Shown one piece after another: positions 25,186-35,800 of a stretch of DNA of 64,000 bases. The notes beneath the pieces were generated by a model, which saw nothing but the letters and a program-made list of their open reading frames with translations, was not told the origin of the DNA and searched no databases. A program made the translations under genes and the position numbers. This DNA comes from a virus: the IMG/VR virus record IMGVR_UViG_3300008448_008004, positions 1-64,000 of that record, one strand, 5' to 3'. Position 1 is the stretch's first letter; every line of letters starts with the position of its first letter.

Positions 25186-28100
25186 ATGGCATCATCTAAT
25201 AAAGTTTTTGTTTCACCTGGAGTTTATACTTCAGAAAGAGACTTAACATTTGTTGCACAAAGTGTTGGTGTAACTACTTTAGGGGTTGTTGGTGAGACTT
25301 TACAAGGTCCAGCTTTCGAACCTATTTTTATTACAAACTTTGATGAATTTCAAACGTATTTTGGAGGAACGAATCCTGAAAAATTTGTTAATACACAAAT
25401 CCCAAAATATGAACTGTCTTACATTGCAAAATCTTATTTATCACAATCAAATCAATTATTTGTAACAAGAGTTCTTGGGCTTTCTGGTTATGACGCGGGA
25501 CCGTCTTGGTCAATTGTCACTATTGGAAATGTAAATCCTGCAACAATACAAGCAACAGGAACAACAGGTCCTGTAGCTGTTACGTTTACAGGAACTACAG
25601 GTGGGACAGTTACTTTGACATCAGTTCCATCATCTGTTAACGTTGGGGGTAATTTTTATAATCCTTATACTGAATTTAACGGTGGGACATCGTCTATATC
25701 TTCAGATTTACAAAGTTATATTTCAACACAAATTAATTTATTTGCAACATCTTCATCAGCGTCAGGGGCTACCGCAATTTTATGGGGAACTTCAAGCGCA
25801 TCTACATTAAACAGTGTTACGGGTGTAACTTCAGTAAATACAATTACAGGTTCAACAGAAATGTTTGGTGTAAATAATGTTAATTTAACTTACGCTAATT
25901 TATCTGCATCAACTAACGACGCTTGGTATTATGGGTTATTCAACTATTATCAAGGAGCTAATGATGTAAACACATACTTTGGCCAAAGTTTAGGCGGAGC
26001 ATTATCAGGTATTTCAACAACACCAACATCTGGAGTTTATTCAGGGACGGTTGCATTCTATACGACATCATATTCAGGAGCACCTTACTCAACATACGAT
26101 GATATGGTTGTTGCGACATTAAGGTCAAGAGGTATTTCAAACTATAACTCAACTCAATCAGGGCCTTTCTATGAAGTGTCCGGCACAACTGACGTTACGA
26201 TGGTTTGTACAGGTGGTTATTCAGCAGTAACTAAAAACCCTTACTCAACATTCCAAATATCAGGTGTAACATACGATGGAAATAACTTTACGTTTGAAAC
26301 ATCTATGTTGAACACACAAACAAATTATTTAAGAAATGTATTTGGGGCATCTAATTTTGGAAAAGATAGAACTGAAGTTCCTTTATTCGTAGAAGAAACT
26401 TATTCAGCATTATTACAAAATGGTTATAGAGCGGGACAAATTAGAGGTCTATATTGTGATTTAGTTTCTCTTGATAAAGCTCGTTCATTAGATACTGACA
26501 GTATTGGTTTTTACTTAGAACAATACCAAACACCTGAAACACCATTTGTGGTTTCTGAATTAAGAGGTAACAAAGTTTATAAGTTATTCAAGTTTGTTCT
26601 TATATCTGATGGAAATGCCGCTAACACATACGTTAAACTTTCAATAGGTAATATTTCATTTAACAATGGAACTTTTGACGTATTCGTTAGAGATTTCTTT
26701 GATAATGACCAAAACGTAAAAGTTTTAGAAAGTTTTACAAACTGTTCATTAGACCCAAATCAAAACAACTACATTGCAAATAAAATTGGAACATCTAACG
26801 GTGAATATCAAGTTAAATCTAAATTTGTCATGTTGGAGATGAGTGATGAGGCACCAATTGATGCGTTACCTTGTGGATTTGAGGGTTACATTATGAGAGA
26901 ATACGCAAATGCGACTCCTCCATTTGTTCCTTTCAAAACTAAATACTATAGTGCGGGTGAAACTATTTATAACCCACCTTTTGGCTCAACAAGCGGAGGA
27001 GACAATCCAGTTATATCAAGTGGCGAAAACCCAAGAAGAGCTTATTTAGGTATCTCAAATATTTCAGGATTTGACTACGACTTCTTCCAATATAAAGGAA
27101 AACAATTACCAACTAACTTGGCTACTGATACAACAGGACCATCTTGGGGTTATTTGACAAAAGGATTCCACATGGATAGCGGGGCAACAGTTGTAACAAT
27201 TACTAATGGATATTCAACATCAGGTCAATCGGCATTTGAAGTAGGGGTGGGTTCATTTAATTCTGAACCAACTGATTCAACTAATCCTTATTACAGATTA
27301 AATACACGTAAATTCACATTATTAGCCTATGGTGGATTTGATGGGTGGGATGTCTATAGAGAATATAGAACAAACAATGATTCTTACGCTTTAGGTCAAA
27401 CAGGATTCAAATACGGAGCAGCAAGCTCAGTAACCTACCCAACGGCAACAGGATGGGGAGCATTCAAAGCGATTTCAGGACCTAACCAAGAAAATTGGGC
27501 TAATACTGACTACTACGCTTACAAATGGGGTCAATCAACTTTTGCCAATCCAGAAGCAACAAATATTAATGTATTTGCAACCCCTGGTATTGATTATGTA
27601 AATAACTCAAACTTGGTTGAAGATGCTATTGATATGATTGAGACAGACAGAGCGGATTCAATCTACATTACAACAACACCTGATTTTAATATGTTCTTAC
27701 CTTCATACCAAGATATTAGTGAAGGTTTAATATATCCACAAGAGGCTGTTGATAATTTAGAAGGAACAGGAATTGACTCTAACTACACAGCAACTTACTA
27801 CCCTTGGATTTTAACAAGAGATACTGTTAACAATACACAAATCTATATTCCTGCAACATCTGAAGTTTGTAGAAACTTAGCGTTGACTGATAACATCGCA
27901 TTCCCTTGGTTTGCATCTGCGGGTTATACAAGAGGTCTTGTAAATGCAATTAGAGCAAGACGTAAGTTGACACAAGATGATAGAGATACTCTATACAAAG
28001 GTAGAGTTAACCCAATCGCTACCTTCTCTGATGTAGGAACAGTAATTTGGGGTAATAAAACTTTACAAATAAGAGAATCTGCACTTGACAGAATTAACGT

Positions 28101-28398
28101 AAGAAGATTGTTGTTACAGGCTCGTAAATTGATTTCAGCAGTAGCGGTGAGATTATTGTTTGAACAAAACGACAACAAAGTAAGACAAGACTTTTTGGAT
28201 TCAGTTAACCCAATCTTAGACCAAATCAGAAGAGACCGAGGTTTAATTGACTTTAGAGTTCAAGTTTCTAACACACCTGAAGATTTAGATTCAAACACAT
28301 TAACAGGTAAAATCTTCTTGAAACCAACAAGAGCGTTAGAATACATCGACATCGAGTTTGTTATAACACCAACAGGAGCATCATTTGATAATATCTAA
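25186..28398 (+). CDS. Contractile tail sheath protein (gp18-like), 1070 aa
   Basis: SPGVYTSERD, GETLQGP..EP..ITNFDEF...FG; C-terminal YYPW, PWFASAGYTRG, LYKGRVNPI, WGNKT, RINVRRLL, LKPTRALEYI. Confidence 0.95.
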   Translation: MASSNKVFVSPGVYTSERDLTFVAQSVGVTTLGVVGETLQGPAFEPIFITNFDEFQTYFGGTNPEKFVNTQIPKYELSYIAKSYLSQSNQLFVTRVLGLSGYDAGPSWSIVTIGNVNPATIQATGTTGPVAVTFTGTTGGTVTLTSVPSSVNVGGNFYNPYTEFNGGTSSISSDLQSYISTQINLFATSSSASGATAILWGTSSASTLNSVTGVTSVNTITGSTEMFGVNNVNLTYANLSASTNDAWYYGLFNYYQGANDVNTYFGQSLGGALSGISTTPTSGVYSGTVAFYTTSYSGAPYSTYDDMVVATLRSRGISNYNSTQSGPFYEVSGTTDVTMVCTGGYSAVTKNPYSTFQISGVTYDGNNFTFETSMLNTQTNYLRNVFGASNFGKDRTEVPLFVEETYSALLQNGYRAGQIRGLYCDLVSLDKARSLDTDSIGFYLEQYQTPETPFVVSELRGNKVYKLFKFVLISDGNAANTYVKLSIGNISFNNGTFDVFVRDFFDNDQNVKVLESFTNCSLDPNQNNYIANKIGTSNGEYQVKSKFVMLEMSDEAPIDALPCGFEGYIMREYANATPPFVPFKTKYYSAGETIYNPPFGSTSGGDNPVISSGENPRRAYLGISNISGFDYDFFQYKGKQLPTNLATDTTGPSWGYLTKGFHMDSGATVVTITNGYSTSGQSAFEVGVGSFNSEPTDSTNPYYRLNTRKFTLLAYGGFDGWDVYREYRTNNDSYALGQTGFKYGAASSVTYPTATGWGAFKAISGPNQENWANTDYYAYKWGQSTFANPEATNINVFATPGIDYVNNSNLVEDAIDMIETDRADSIYITTTPDFNMFLPSYQDISEGLIYPQEAVDNLEGTGIDSNYTATYYPWILTRDTVNNTQIYIPATSEVCRNLALTDNIAFPWFASAGYTRGLVNAIRARRKLTQDDRDTLYKGRVNPIATFSDVGTVIWGNKTLQIRESALDRINVRRLLLQARKLISAVAVRLLFEQNDNKVRQDFLDSVNPILDQIRRDRGLIDFRVQVSNTPEDLDSNTLTGKIFLKPTRALEYIDIEFVITPTGASFDNI

Positions 28399-28410
28399 AA
28401 ATAAAATGAG

Positions 28411-28432
28411 TGGGGGGTAGTAATATCCCCCA
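28411..28432 (+). terminator. GNRA-loop hairpin after the sheath gene (weak terminator or RNA-stability element)
   Basis: TGGGGGGTA-GTAA-TATCCCCCA, with only a weak U-tract. Confidence 0.5.
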
Positions 28433-28455
28433 TAAATTATTTAACACATAAAACT

Positions 28456-28593
28456 ATGAAAATAGAAAAAAAACTAATCAAAGAATCTTTAGGATACAAT
28501 ACTAAAGGAAAACAAACTTTTGCAGATAAAAAGCAAAATATTATTATTACAGAAGCTCAATTAGAAAAATTATTGGAAAAACTTAAAAAATAA
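28456..28593 (+). CDS. Small basic protein (45 aa)
   Basis: Below the cutoff: MKIEKKLIKESLGYNTKGKQTFADKKQNIIITEAQLEKLLEKLKK; AAACT-ATG leader; stop overlaps the next ATG (TAATG). Confidence 0.65.
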   Translation: MKIEKKLIKESLGYNTKGKQTFADKKQNIIITEAQLEKLLEKLKK

Positions 28594-29465
28594 TGAATAT
28601 TAGAAAGCATATTAATCAATTTATTAAATCTCGTAGTTTGAATGAGGGGTTCACTGAAGAAGGAAATCCTGACACAAAATACTACGCGTTTGATTGGGAT
28701 GATAATATAATGTTTATGCCAACTTCAATCATGGTCCTTAGTGAAAACGACGAAGAAGTACCGATGTCTACAGAAGACTTTGCGGACCACAGACATCAAA
28801 TTGGTAAAGAACCGTTTTCTTATAAGGGAACTACTGTTGTTGATTTTGCACCAGACCCATTTAGAAACTTCGGGGTTAAAGGTGATAAGAGATTTGTATT
28901 AGACTCTATGATAGCGTCTGTTGGACCGTCTTGGAATGATTTTGTTGAATGTATAAACGGAGGTTCAATTTTCGCAATTATCACGGCAAGAGGTCACAAC
29001 CCAAAAACTTTAAAAGAAGGTGTGTATAATTTAATAATGTCTAATAAAAATGGTCTTAATAGTAGAACATTGGCTGAAAACCTTTATAAATACAGAAATA
29101 TAGGTAATGAAGTTACTGATAATAAAAAGACAAGGGCATTAACACCAAAAGAATTACGTGAGTATTTGGACCTTTGTAGATTTTATCCCGTGTCTTTTGG
29201 TGAGGGGTCGGCAACTAATCCTGAAGAAGGAAAAATCAAAGCTATGAGAGAATTTATTTCTTACTGTAAAGATATGGCAAAAGAAGTGGGTGAAAAAGCA
29301 TACTTCAAAAATGATGTGGAAAACAATGAAATACTTCCTATAATTGGTTTTTCTGATGATGACCCAAGAAATATCGAAAAGATGAAAGAATTTTTAGATG
29401 ATGAAGATAAAGAAAAACTAGTAAAAACTTATTTAACTAAAGGAGGTGAAAAGAAAGAATACTAG
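28593..29465 (+). CDS. HAD-superfamily phosphatase-like protein
   Basis: YAFDWDDN (motif I DxD), IITARGH (II), K (III), GFSDDD..N (IV). Confidence 0.7.
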   Translation: MNIRKHINQFIKSRSLNEGFTEEGNPDTKYYAFDWDDNIMFMPTSIMVLSENDEEVPMSTEDFADHRHQIGKEPFSYKGTTVVDFAPDPFRNFGVKGDKRFVLDSMIASVGPSWNDFVECINGGSIFAIITARGHNPKTLKEGVYNLIMSNKNGLNSRTLAENLYKYRNIGNEVTDNKKTRALTPKELREYLDLCRFYPVSFGEGSATNPEEGKIKAMREFISYCKDMAKEVGEKAYFKNDVENNEILPIIGFSDDDPRNIEKMKEFLDDEDKEKLVKTYLTKGGEKKEY

Positions 29466-29576
29466 AATGTTATTTATAATGCAACAATAATTTTTAAAAA
29501 TAACAAAGTAAATAGAAAAAAATTTAGTTGAAGATATTTATAATAAAAATAAAAGAAACAAAAAAAATAGATAGAC

Positions 29577-30065
29577 ATGGCTGATTTATTAATGAAAATG
29601 CCCTTTCAATATGAACCTAAAAGAAAAAATAGGTTTATTATAACATTCCCATCTTCTTTGGGGATTAATTCTTGGTATGTTGAAAGTGCTTCAAGACCAA
29701 AAATTGAAATCAAGGAAACACCAATTCCATTCTTAAATACTGAAACTTATGTTGCAGGTCAGTTTAAGTGGGGAACAATTGATGTTACTTTCCGTGACCC
29801 AATTGGACCATCAGCGTCACAAGCATTAATGGAGTGGGTTCGTTTACACGCAGAATCAGTTACAGGACGTATGGGTTATGCTGCTGGTTACAAAAAAGAT
29901 ATTGACCTTGAAATGTTGGACCCAACAGGTGTGGCTGTCGAAAAATGGATTCTTCAAGGAACATTCTTAACAAGTGTTGATTTTGATTCATTAGGATATA
30001 GTGAAGATGGTTTAATAACTGTAAAGGCAACTCTTAGACCTGACAGATGTATATTAGTATACTAA
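29577..30065 (+). CDS. Tail tube protein (gp19-like)
   Basis: YEPKRKNRF, YVAG..KW.TIDVTFRD, WV......TG..G.A..YKKD..LEMLDPTG..VEKW.LQG.F. Confidence 0.92.
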   Translation: MADLLMKMPFQYEPKRKNRFIITFPSSLGINSWYVESASRPKIEIKETPIPFLNTETYVAGQFKWGTIDVTFRDPIGPSASQALMEWVRLHAESVTGRMGYAAGYKKDIDLEMLDPTGVAVEKWILQGTFLTSVDFDSLGYSEDGLITVKATLRPDRCILVY

Positions 30066-30086
30066 AAACAAAATAAAATATTATTT

Positions 30087-30119
30087 AATCCCATCTATTT
30101 TAGGTGGGATTTTTTATTT
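30087..30119 (+). terminator. Intrinsic terminator after the tail tube gene
   Basis: AATCCCATCTA-TTT-TAGGTGGGATT-TTTTATTT. Confidence 0.8.
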
Positions 30120-30158
30120 ACATAAACTAAAGTCAAGTTATTTTTAAAGAAAAAAATT

Positions 30159-30917
30159 ATGGATAAAAGTGCTCAATATGGTCAAATGGATTTTAATCTT
30201 CCACATGACGTTGTAAAATTACCATCCGGAGGGATGTTTTATAAACCAAAAAAAGAAAGTTTAAAAGTTGGTTATTTGACCGCATCTGATGAAAATTTAT
30301 TAATGTCCCCAAATACACCATCAGATGGTATAATAAATAATTTGTTGAGGACAAAAATTTATGAACCTGGTTTTGATGTTGGACAACTTTTAGACGTAGA
30401 CGTTCAAGCCATATTAATTTTTTTAAGGAACACTTCTTTTGGTAATGAATACGAATTTTCAATTAATGACCCCAAGACTAATAAAAGATTTGATGCTAAA
30501 ATCCTTTTGGATGAATTGAACTATATCCCCATGAGTAATAAACCGGACTCTGAAGGATTATTTGATTTTGTTTTACCAAAATCGAGGGCACAAGTAAAGT
30601 TGAAACTTTTAACATTATCTGAAACAAATGAGTTAGAAAAGTTACAGGAAAATTATCCGCCAAACATGGTTGCTCCGGTTATAACAAAAAGATTAGAAAA
30701 ACAAATTGTAGAATTAAACGGTGACAGAGATAAACTAAAAATTGTACAGTTCGTTACTCAAATGCCTATTATTGATTCTAAGGAGTTAAGAAAATTTATT
30801 AGAGATTGTGAGCCCAAAATAGACTTAAAAAGAACAATTACCGCCCCGTCCGGAGAAAGAGTCACAGTTAATGTGTCTTTTGGGGCGGAGTTTTTTCGTC
30901 CTTTCTTCTCAATTTAA
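30159..30917 (+). CDS. Baseplate-hub/tail assembly chaperone (gp26-like)
   Basis: VKLPSGG.FY, YLTASDE..L, D.QAILIFLR..SFG..Y, LPKS...VKLKLLT, C-terminal EFFRP; lies between the tube and tape measure genes. Confidence 0.75.
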   Translation: MDKSAQYGQMDFNLPHDVVKLPSGGMFYKPKKESLKVGYLTASDENLLMSPNTPSDGIINNLLRTKIYEPGFDVGQLLDVDVQAILIFLRNTSFGNEYEFSINDPKTNKRFDAKILLDELNYIPMSNKPDSEGLFDFVLPKSRAQVKLKLLTLSETNELEKLQENYPPNMVAPVITKRLEKQIVELNGDRDKLKIVQFVTQMPIIDSKELRKFIRDCEPKIDLKRTITAPSGERVTVNVSFGAEFFRPFFSI

Positions 30918-31041
30918 ACAAATTTTATTAGATGAAATATTTTATTTAACAAAATATGCAAACTTTTCATATTCAGATATTATGAAAATGCCAACATATG
31001 AAAGGAAATATTTCATAAATAAACTTTTCGAAAAACAATAG
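30871..31041 (+). CDS. gp51-like chaperone segment in the +1 frame (overlapping ATG, or frameshift extension of the upstream gene)
   Basis: The +1 frame is open 30829-31041: ...QILLDEIFYLTKYANFSYSDIMKMPTYERKYFINKLFEKQ. The only ATG before the conserved part is at 30871, inside the upstream gene. Confidence 0.7.
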   Translation: MCLLGRSFFVLSSQFKQILLDEIFYLTKYANFSYSDIMKMPTYERKYFINKLFEKQ

Positions 31042-31063
31042 AAAATAATATTTATAAAATAAA

Positions 31064-32860
31064 ATGATGTTTTTTGAGACAGAAGCAGGCGAATTAGGAA
31101 GTGCTGCTGGTAAAAATTTAAAGGAATTTGCAGATGCACTAAAAGGTGCATTAGAACAGTCTTTAAGTCCCGAAGGATTTGTCAAGGCCTTGACGGATGT
31201 TGAAAACCAATCAAACAAATTACAAAAAAGTATTGGGGGTGTTGTTATTGGTGCAGACCAATTTAGAGAAAAACTAATGGCCGCATACAAAAACACTCAA
31301 AACATGAATGCGACCTTTGCAGACACTGTAAATGCGGTTAAGGGTTTAGCTCAAGGTATGGGTAAATTTGTAAACCCATCACAAGAGGCATTAGAGGCGG
31401 TAGTTGGATTAGCCAAAGGTATTGGTGAAACACCTGAAAAGATTGGTGAAATGACTTCAAATCTAATGAGTTTTGGAGGAACCCAAGTAGAGGTTGTTGG
31501 TAAAATGAATGAAATTGCAAAAAGTGCAAGAAAAGCCGGACTTGATGCAAAAGGATTATTGGCGGACATAACAACTAACTTGAAAAAAGCATCAGGATTT
31601 GGTTTCTCAAACAGTGTGAAAGGACTCACCGAAATGGCAAAACAGGCAAAACTTTTACGTACAGATGTATCATCATTAGGTGCAATGAGTTTACAAGGAA
31701 GTATATTAGACCCAGAAGGAGCAATAGAAGCTGCTTCCAAATTTCAAATGTTAGGTGGGCAAGTTGGAAAACTTGGGGACCCCTTCCAACTATTATATAT
31801 GGCACAAAAAGATTTAGCCGGTCTACAAGATGAGTTAGTCAAATCTTCAAAAGCTGCATTTACGTTCAATAAAGAAACTGGAAACTTTGACATAGGAACT
31901 CAAGATTTATATAGATTAAGAGAACAAGCAAAAATAACAGGTCAAGATTTTGATGCCTTAGTTAATTCGGGTAAAGAAGCAGCAAAACTTGATTACCTTA
32001 CCGAAAAATTTAACTTAAAAGGATTAGATAAGGAAACTCAACAAATGGTTGCGGGGTTAGCTCAGATAGGTGAAGGAGGAAAAGTTGAAATAGATATACC
32101 TGGATATAAGAAAATTGAAGCAAACAGTGCGGAACAATTAAAGACGGCATTACAATCTGAGGATGTACAAAAAAAATTAAAAGAATATCAGGCTAAGGCC
32201 GACATGGACTCAAAAGACTTGGCTGTATCTCAATTATCTGTCACAGAAGAGTTATCTGCATCCGCAAGAACGATAAGAGATGCGGTTTTATTACAATCGG
32301 GAGCAGTCGCAGAAACGGACAGAAAGGCATTGTTAGATGGTTTAAGAACCGACGCTAAAGATGCTATTGACGCATATGGTAAAGTTGCAAAAGTTGCTCA
32401 AGACAAAACTTATGAGATTGCAAAAACAGGTGTTAGTGCTGTTGGTAAACAAATGGAAGATACTAAAGAAAGATATTCTAAAAACACAGAAAAAGAATTG
32501 TTAAAACAAAAAGTAGAGGGTAAGGAATATAAAGGTGAAGACACAGAAGTTACTGTAAAAGATGGATTATTTCCATCGGCAAATAGTGCCCCAACAATTT
32601 TAAGTAAAGGAGCAATTTATAAAGGTATTGTTGGGGATGATGTTGCTGTTGGAACAAATTTAGGGGAGGCACTTAACAAAGCTGGTTCCGGTAATATTGG
32701 AGGAGCTATTGATATTAATATTAATTTGACAGGGTCAATAGGTGGTGACCCAGGACAACTTACAAAAATGTTTAATTCACCACAAGTTCAAAAACAAATA
32801 ATGGATACGGTCTTATATAAGTTGAATGATTATAAAAAACAACAAGGGGTTCTTGCCTAA
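31064..32860 (+). CDS. Tape measure protein
   Basis: Ala/Gly/Lys-rich helical 598-aa protein following the tube and chaperone genes; length similar to T4 gp29. Confidence 0.7.
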   Translation: MMFFETEAGELGSAAGKNLKEFADALKGALEQSLSPEGFVKALTDVENQSNKLQKSIGGVVIGADQFREKLMAAYKNTQNMNATFADTVNAVKGLAQGMGKFVNPSQEALEAVVGLAKGIGETPEKIGEMTSNLMSFGGTQVEVVGKMNEIAKSARKAGLDAKGLLADITTNLKKASGFGFSNSVKGLTEMAKQAKLLRTDVSSLGAMSLQGSILDPEGAIEAASKFQMLGGQVGKLGDPFQLLYMAQKDLAGLQDELVKSSKAAFTFNKETGNFDIGTQDLYRLREQAKITGQDFDALVNSGKEAAKLDYLTEKFNLKGLDKETQQMVAGLAQIGEGGKVEIDIPGYKKIEANSAEQLKTALQSEDVQKKLKEYQAKADMDSKDLAVSQLSVTEELSASARTIRDAVLLQSGAVAETDRKALLDGLRTDAKDAIDAYGKVAKVAQDKTYEIAKTGVSAVGKQMEDTKERYSKNTEKELLKQKVEGKEYKGEDTEVTVKDGLFPSANSAPTILSKGAIYKGIVGDDVAVGTNLGEALNKAGSGNIGGAIDININLTGSIGGDPGQLTKMFNSPQVQKQIMDTVLYKLNDYKKQQGVLA

Positions 32861-32897
32861 AAAATCTAAAACAATCTATTTATCATAAAAAGACTAA

Positions 32898-35800
32898 ATG
32901 GAGAGTCCACTATCATTTAATTCAAGTGAAAATTTTAGAAAAAAACTTTTGGTGCGTAATTTACCACCATATAAAGTTGATAATGCATTTTCCAATAATA
33001 GTAAACCTGGGTCATCTGAGTTTACAATTAATGACCTTACACCAATTGATTCACCAAGCGTAGAACAAATCGGAAACCAACAAGAAAAAGTTTTATTACC
33101 AATAAATCAATACGGACCACAAAATAACCAAGGTGACTTTGGTAATATGGTTCCAATAAATAATAACCTAAATTATAAATCAAACGAAGGTGTTTATGGA
33201 TATCCCGACAGTATTGGAAGTGATTTAGAAGTTATTGGTAACAATACTGAAAAACAACTTATTATAAAAAATGTATATCGACCACAAAATGGTTTGGCGG
33301 ATTTTGGCTCAACTGCTTGGTATATAAATAATGATAAAGTAATCAACACAATAGGTGAAGGTGAATATACAATTCAAGACACTGTTGGAGGTAATTTAGA
33401 AACTACCGCAAATTTAGACAGACCTGTATTGATAACTAATAATCAGTACGGTCCACAGCTTTTAACAAATACTGAAGTTCCAATTAATAACAACTATCAG
33501 ACTAATCCAAATGAGGGTGAATATGGGTTTCCTGATACCTTTGGAAGTCAGTTAGAAACTGTTGGTGATACTGATAGACCTGTATTATTTGCTATTAATC
33601 AGTATGGACCTGATAATATACCAACAAATGAAGTTCAAATTAATCAAAACCTTCAAACAAATTCAAATGAGGGTGAATATGGTTTTCCTGATACAGTTAA
33701 TAGTGAACTACAATTAATTGGTGAAGACGAAAGAACACCAAGTTTTTTACAAAACCCATATGGTCCTGAACAAGGGCAAAGTGTTTTTGAAGTTGACCCT
33801 TATAGAAAATTAAAAAATTTAATAATACCGCAAGGAAATTATTTAGATGCTACAGATACTTTTGGTAGTGAATTAGAATTAGAGGCGGGTATAAAAGAAA
33901 CTGAGGCATATATTGGAAATACTTACGCAACAGGAACAGGAGAATATGACCCAACACTTTTCAGATATTTACAGACAAAAGGTTTACAGTTACCTTACGC
34001 AAATTCAGATAACACATTTATATTTTTACCCTCAACATATACACCTTATAGTATATTAATAAGTGATAATCCTAGTGGTTCTGATGGTACGTTATCAGAG
34101 GACTCAAGCTTAGCTGGTATTGGTGCAAAACAACTTAACAAAGAATTTAAACATAGAGTTGCATTAGAGTTATATCAACAAACATTAGGTCAAATAAATT
34201 TATTTAGTGGTAATGTAAATCCTGAAACTGGTGAAATATCCGCAAACCCAAATACAGACCCATTCAATGCTATTGGACTATTAACGGGTAACGTTCCAAT
34301 TATTGCAAGAAAATATAATATCACAACACCTGACTTTTTATTTGGGCAAGGAATTAATTTTGCTGCCAAATTAGCAGGATTGTATTCACCATATTCTTAT
34401 ATCCCTGGTGAATATTTTGACTATCCTAACTCGGTAGGTAATGGGCCATATCAGAATCCACTATCTTTAATAGGTGGGGCATTAGGTTCATTATTCAGTG
34501 CATTACAACCAGCTAATCAATCATCATCTGAATTATTAGTTGAATACACATCAGTGGCAACAAGAAAATTATTATATGACCAATTAAGATATAATATTTA
34601 TAGACCTAACTATAAAATAGGTAATAATTTATTGGCACCTCCGGGTTCATTTTACGTTGGTGATAGAAAGAATCATTTAACTGAATTAGTTTCACCGGCA
34701 CCTTTTTTACCATATGGTAGAGATGGTAAGACATCGGCTATGGGACCTGTTCTTTCTTACTCAGATATGGGTAAGTTATATGAAACTTCTCAACTTGACG
34801 ACACTCAGTTTGGTATTAATAGTAGAAACTTATATAGTGCAGGCGCAACTAGAGATGGGGTAAAATGGATAGGTAGTAATATTTCGGGTGGGTTAACTTG
34901 GATTGGTAGTAAAAGCCCCGACCAACTTAACTGTCCTTTACCTGGAAAATTAGTAGGTAGAGGTAATCAAGAATTTGAAGATAATAGTGAATTTAATTTT
35001 AATAATCTATCGGGGTTCGATAGCACTAAATCCACAAATAATAATTTTACACCAGGGTCAATACTTGATGTGACACAAAAGTTAATTGACGCGGGTGAAA
35101 GAAGTAGTAGTAGAGAACATGTCGGAAAGGCTATTAATCAAGTATCTAAAGTTTTTAACGACGGATACCAAGAAATAACAAAAGGTTCAAGAGTAGTAAG
35201 ATACACGACAAAAAATTCAACAGGTGGTGGTGATATTAAAGGTTTAGAATATTGTAGAATTTTTACAAAAGACAGGCCTTATTACACATATGATGAATTA
35301 CAAAAAACAGATGGTAATATTAGAAAATACACAGATTCGGTTTTAGATAATACTTGGAATTTGAACATAGCACCTGTTGATGGATATAGTGTCAAAGACG
35401 GTAAAGTTAAAAAATATATGTTTTCATTAGAAAACTTAGCTTGGAGAACTTCAAATAAAAAAGGTTTCACCTATGAAGATTTACCTGCTTGTGAAAAAGG
35501 ACCTAACGGGGGACGTATTATGTGGTTTCCACCTTACGGATTAAGTTTTGATGAACAAATTTCGACAGGATGGAATGAAAATACGTTTTTAGGAAGAACA
35601 GAACCAATTTATACATACACTAATACATCAAGAAAAGGTAATTTATCATTTAAAGTGATTGTTGACCACCCATCTATATTAAACTTAATAGTTGATAAGG
35701 AGTTAGAAAACGTAGGAAATAATGGAGAAATTACTCAAATTGTCGATTCGTTCTTTGCGGGTTGTACAAAATACGACTTATGGGATTTAACAACAAAATT

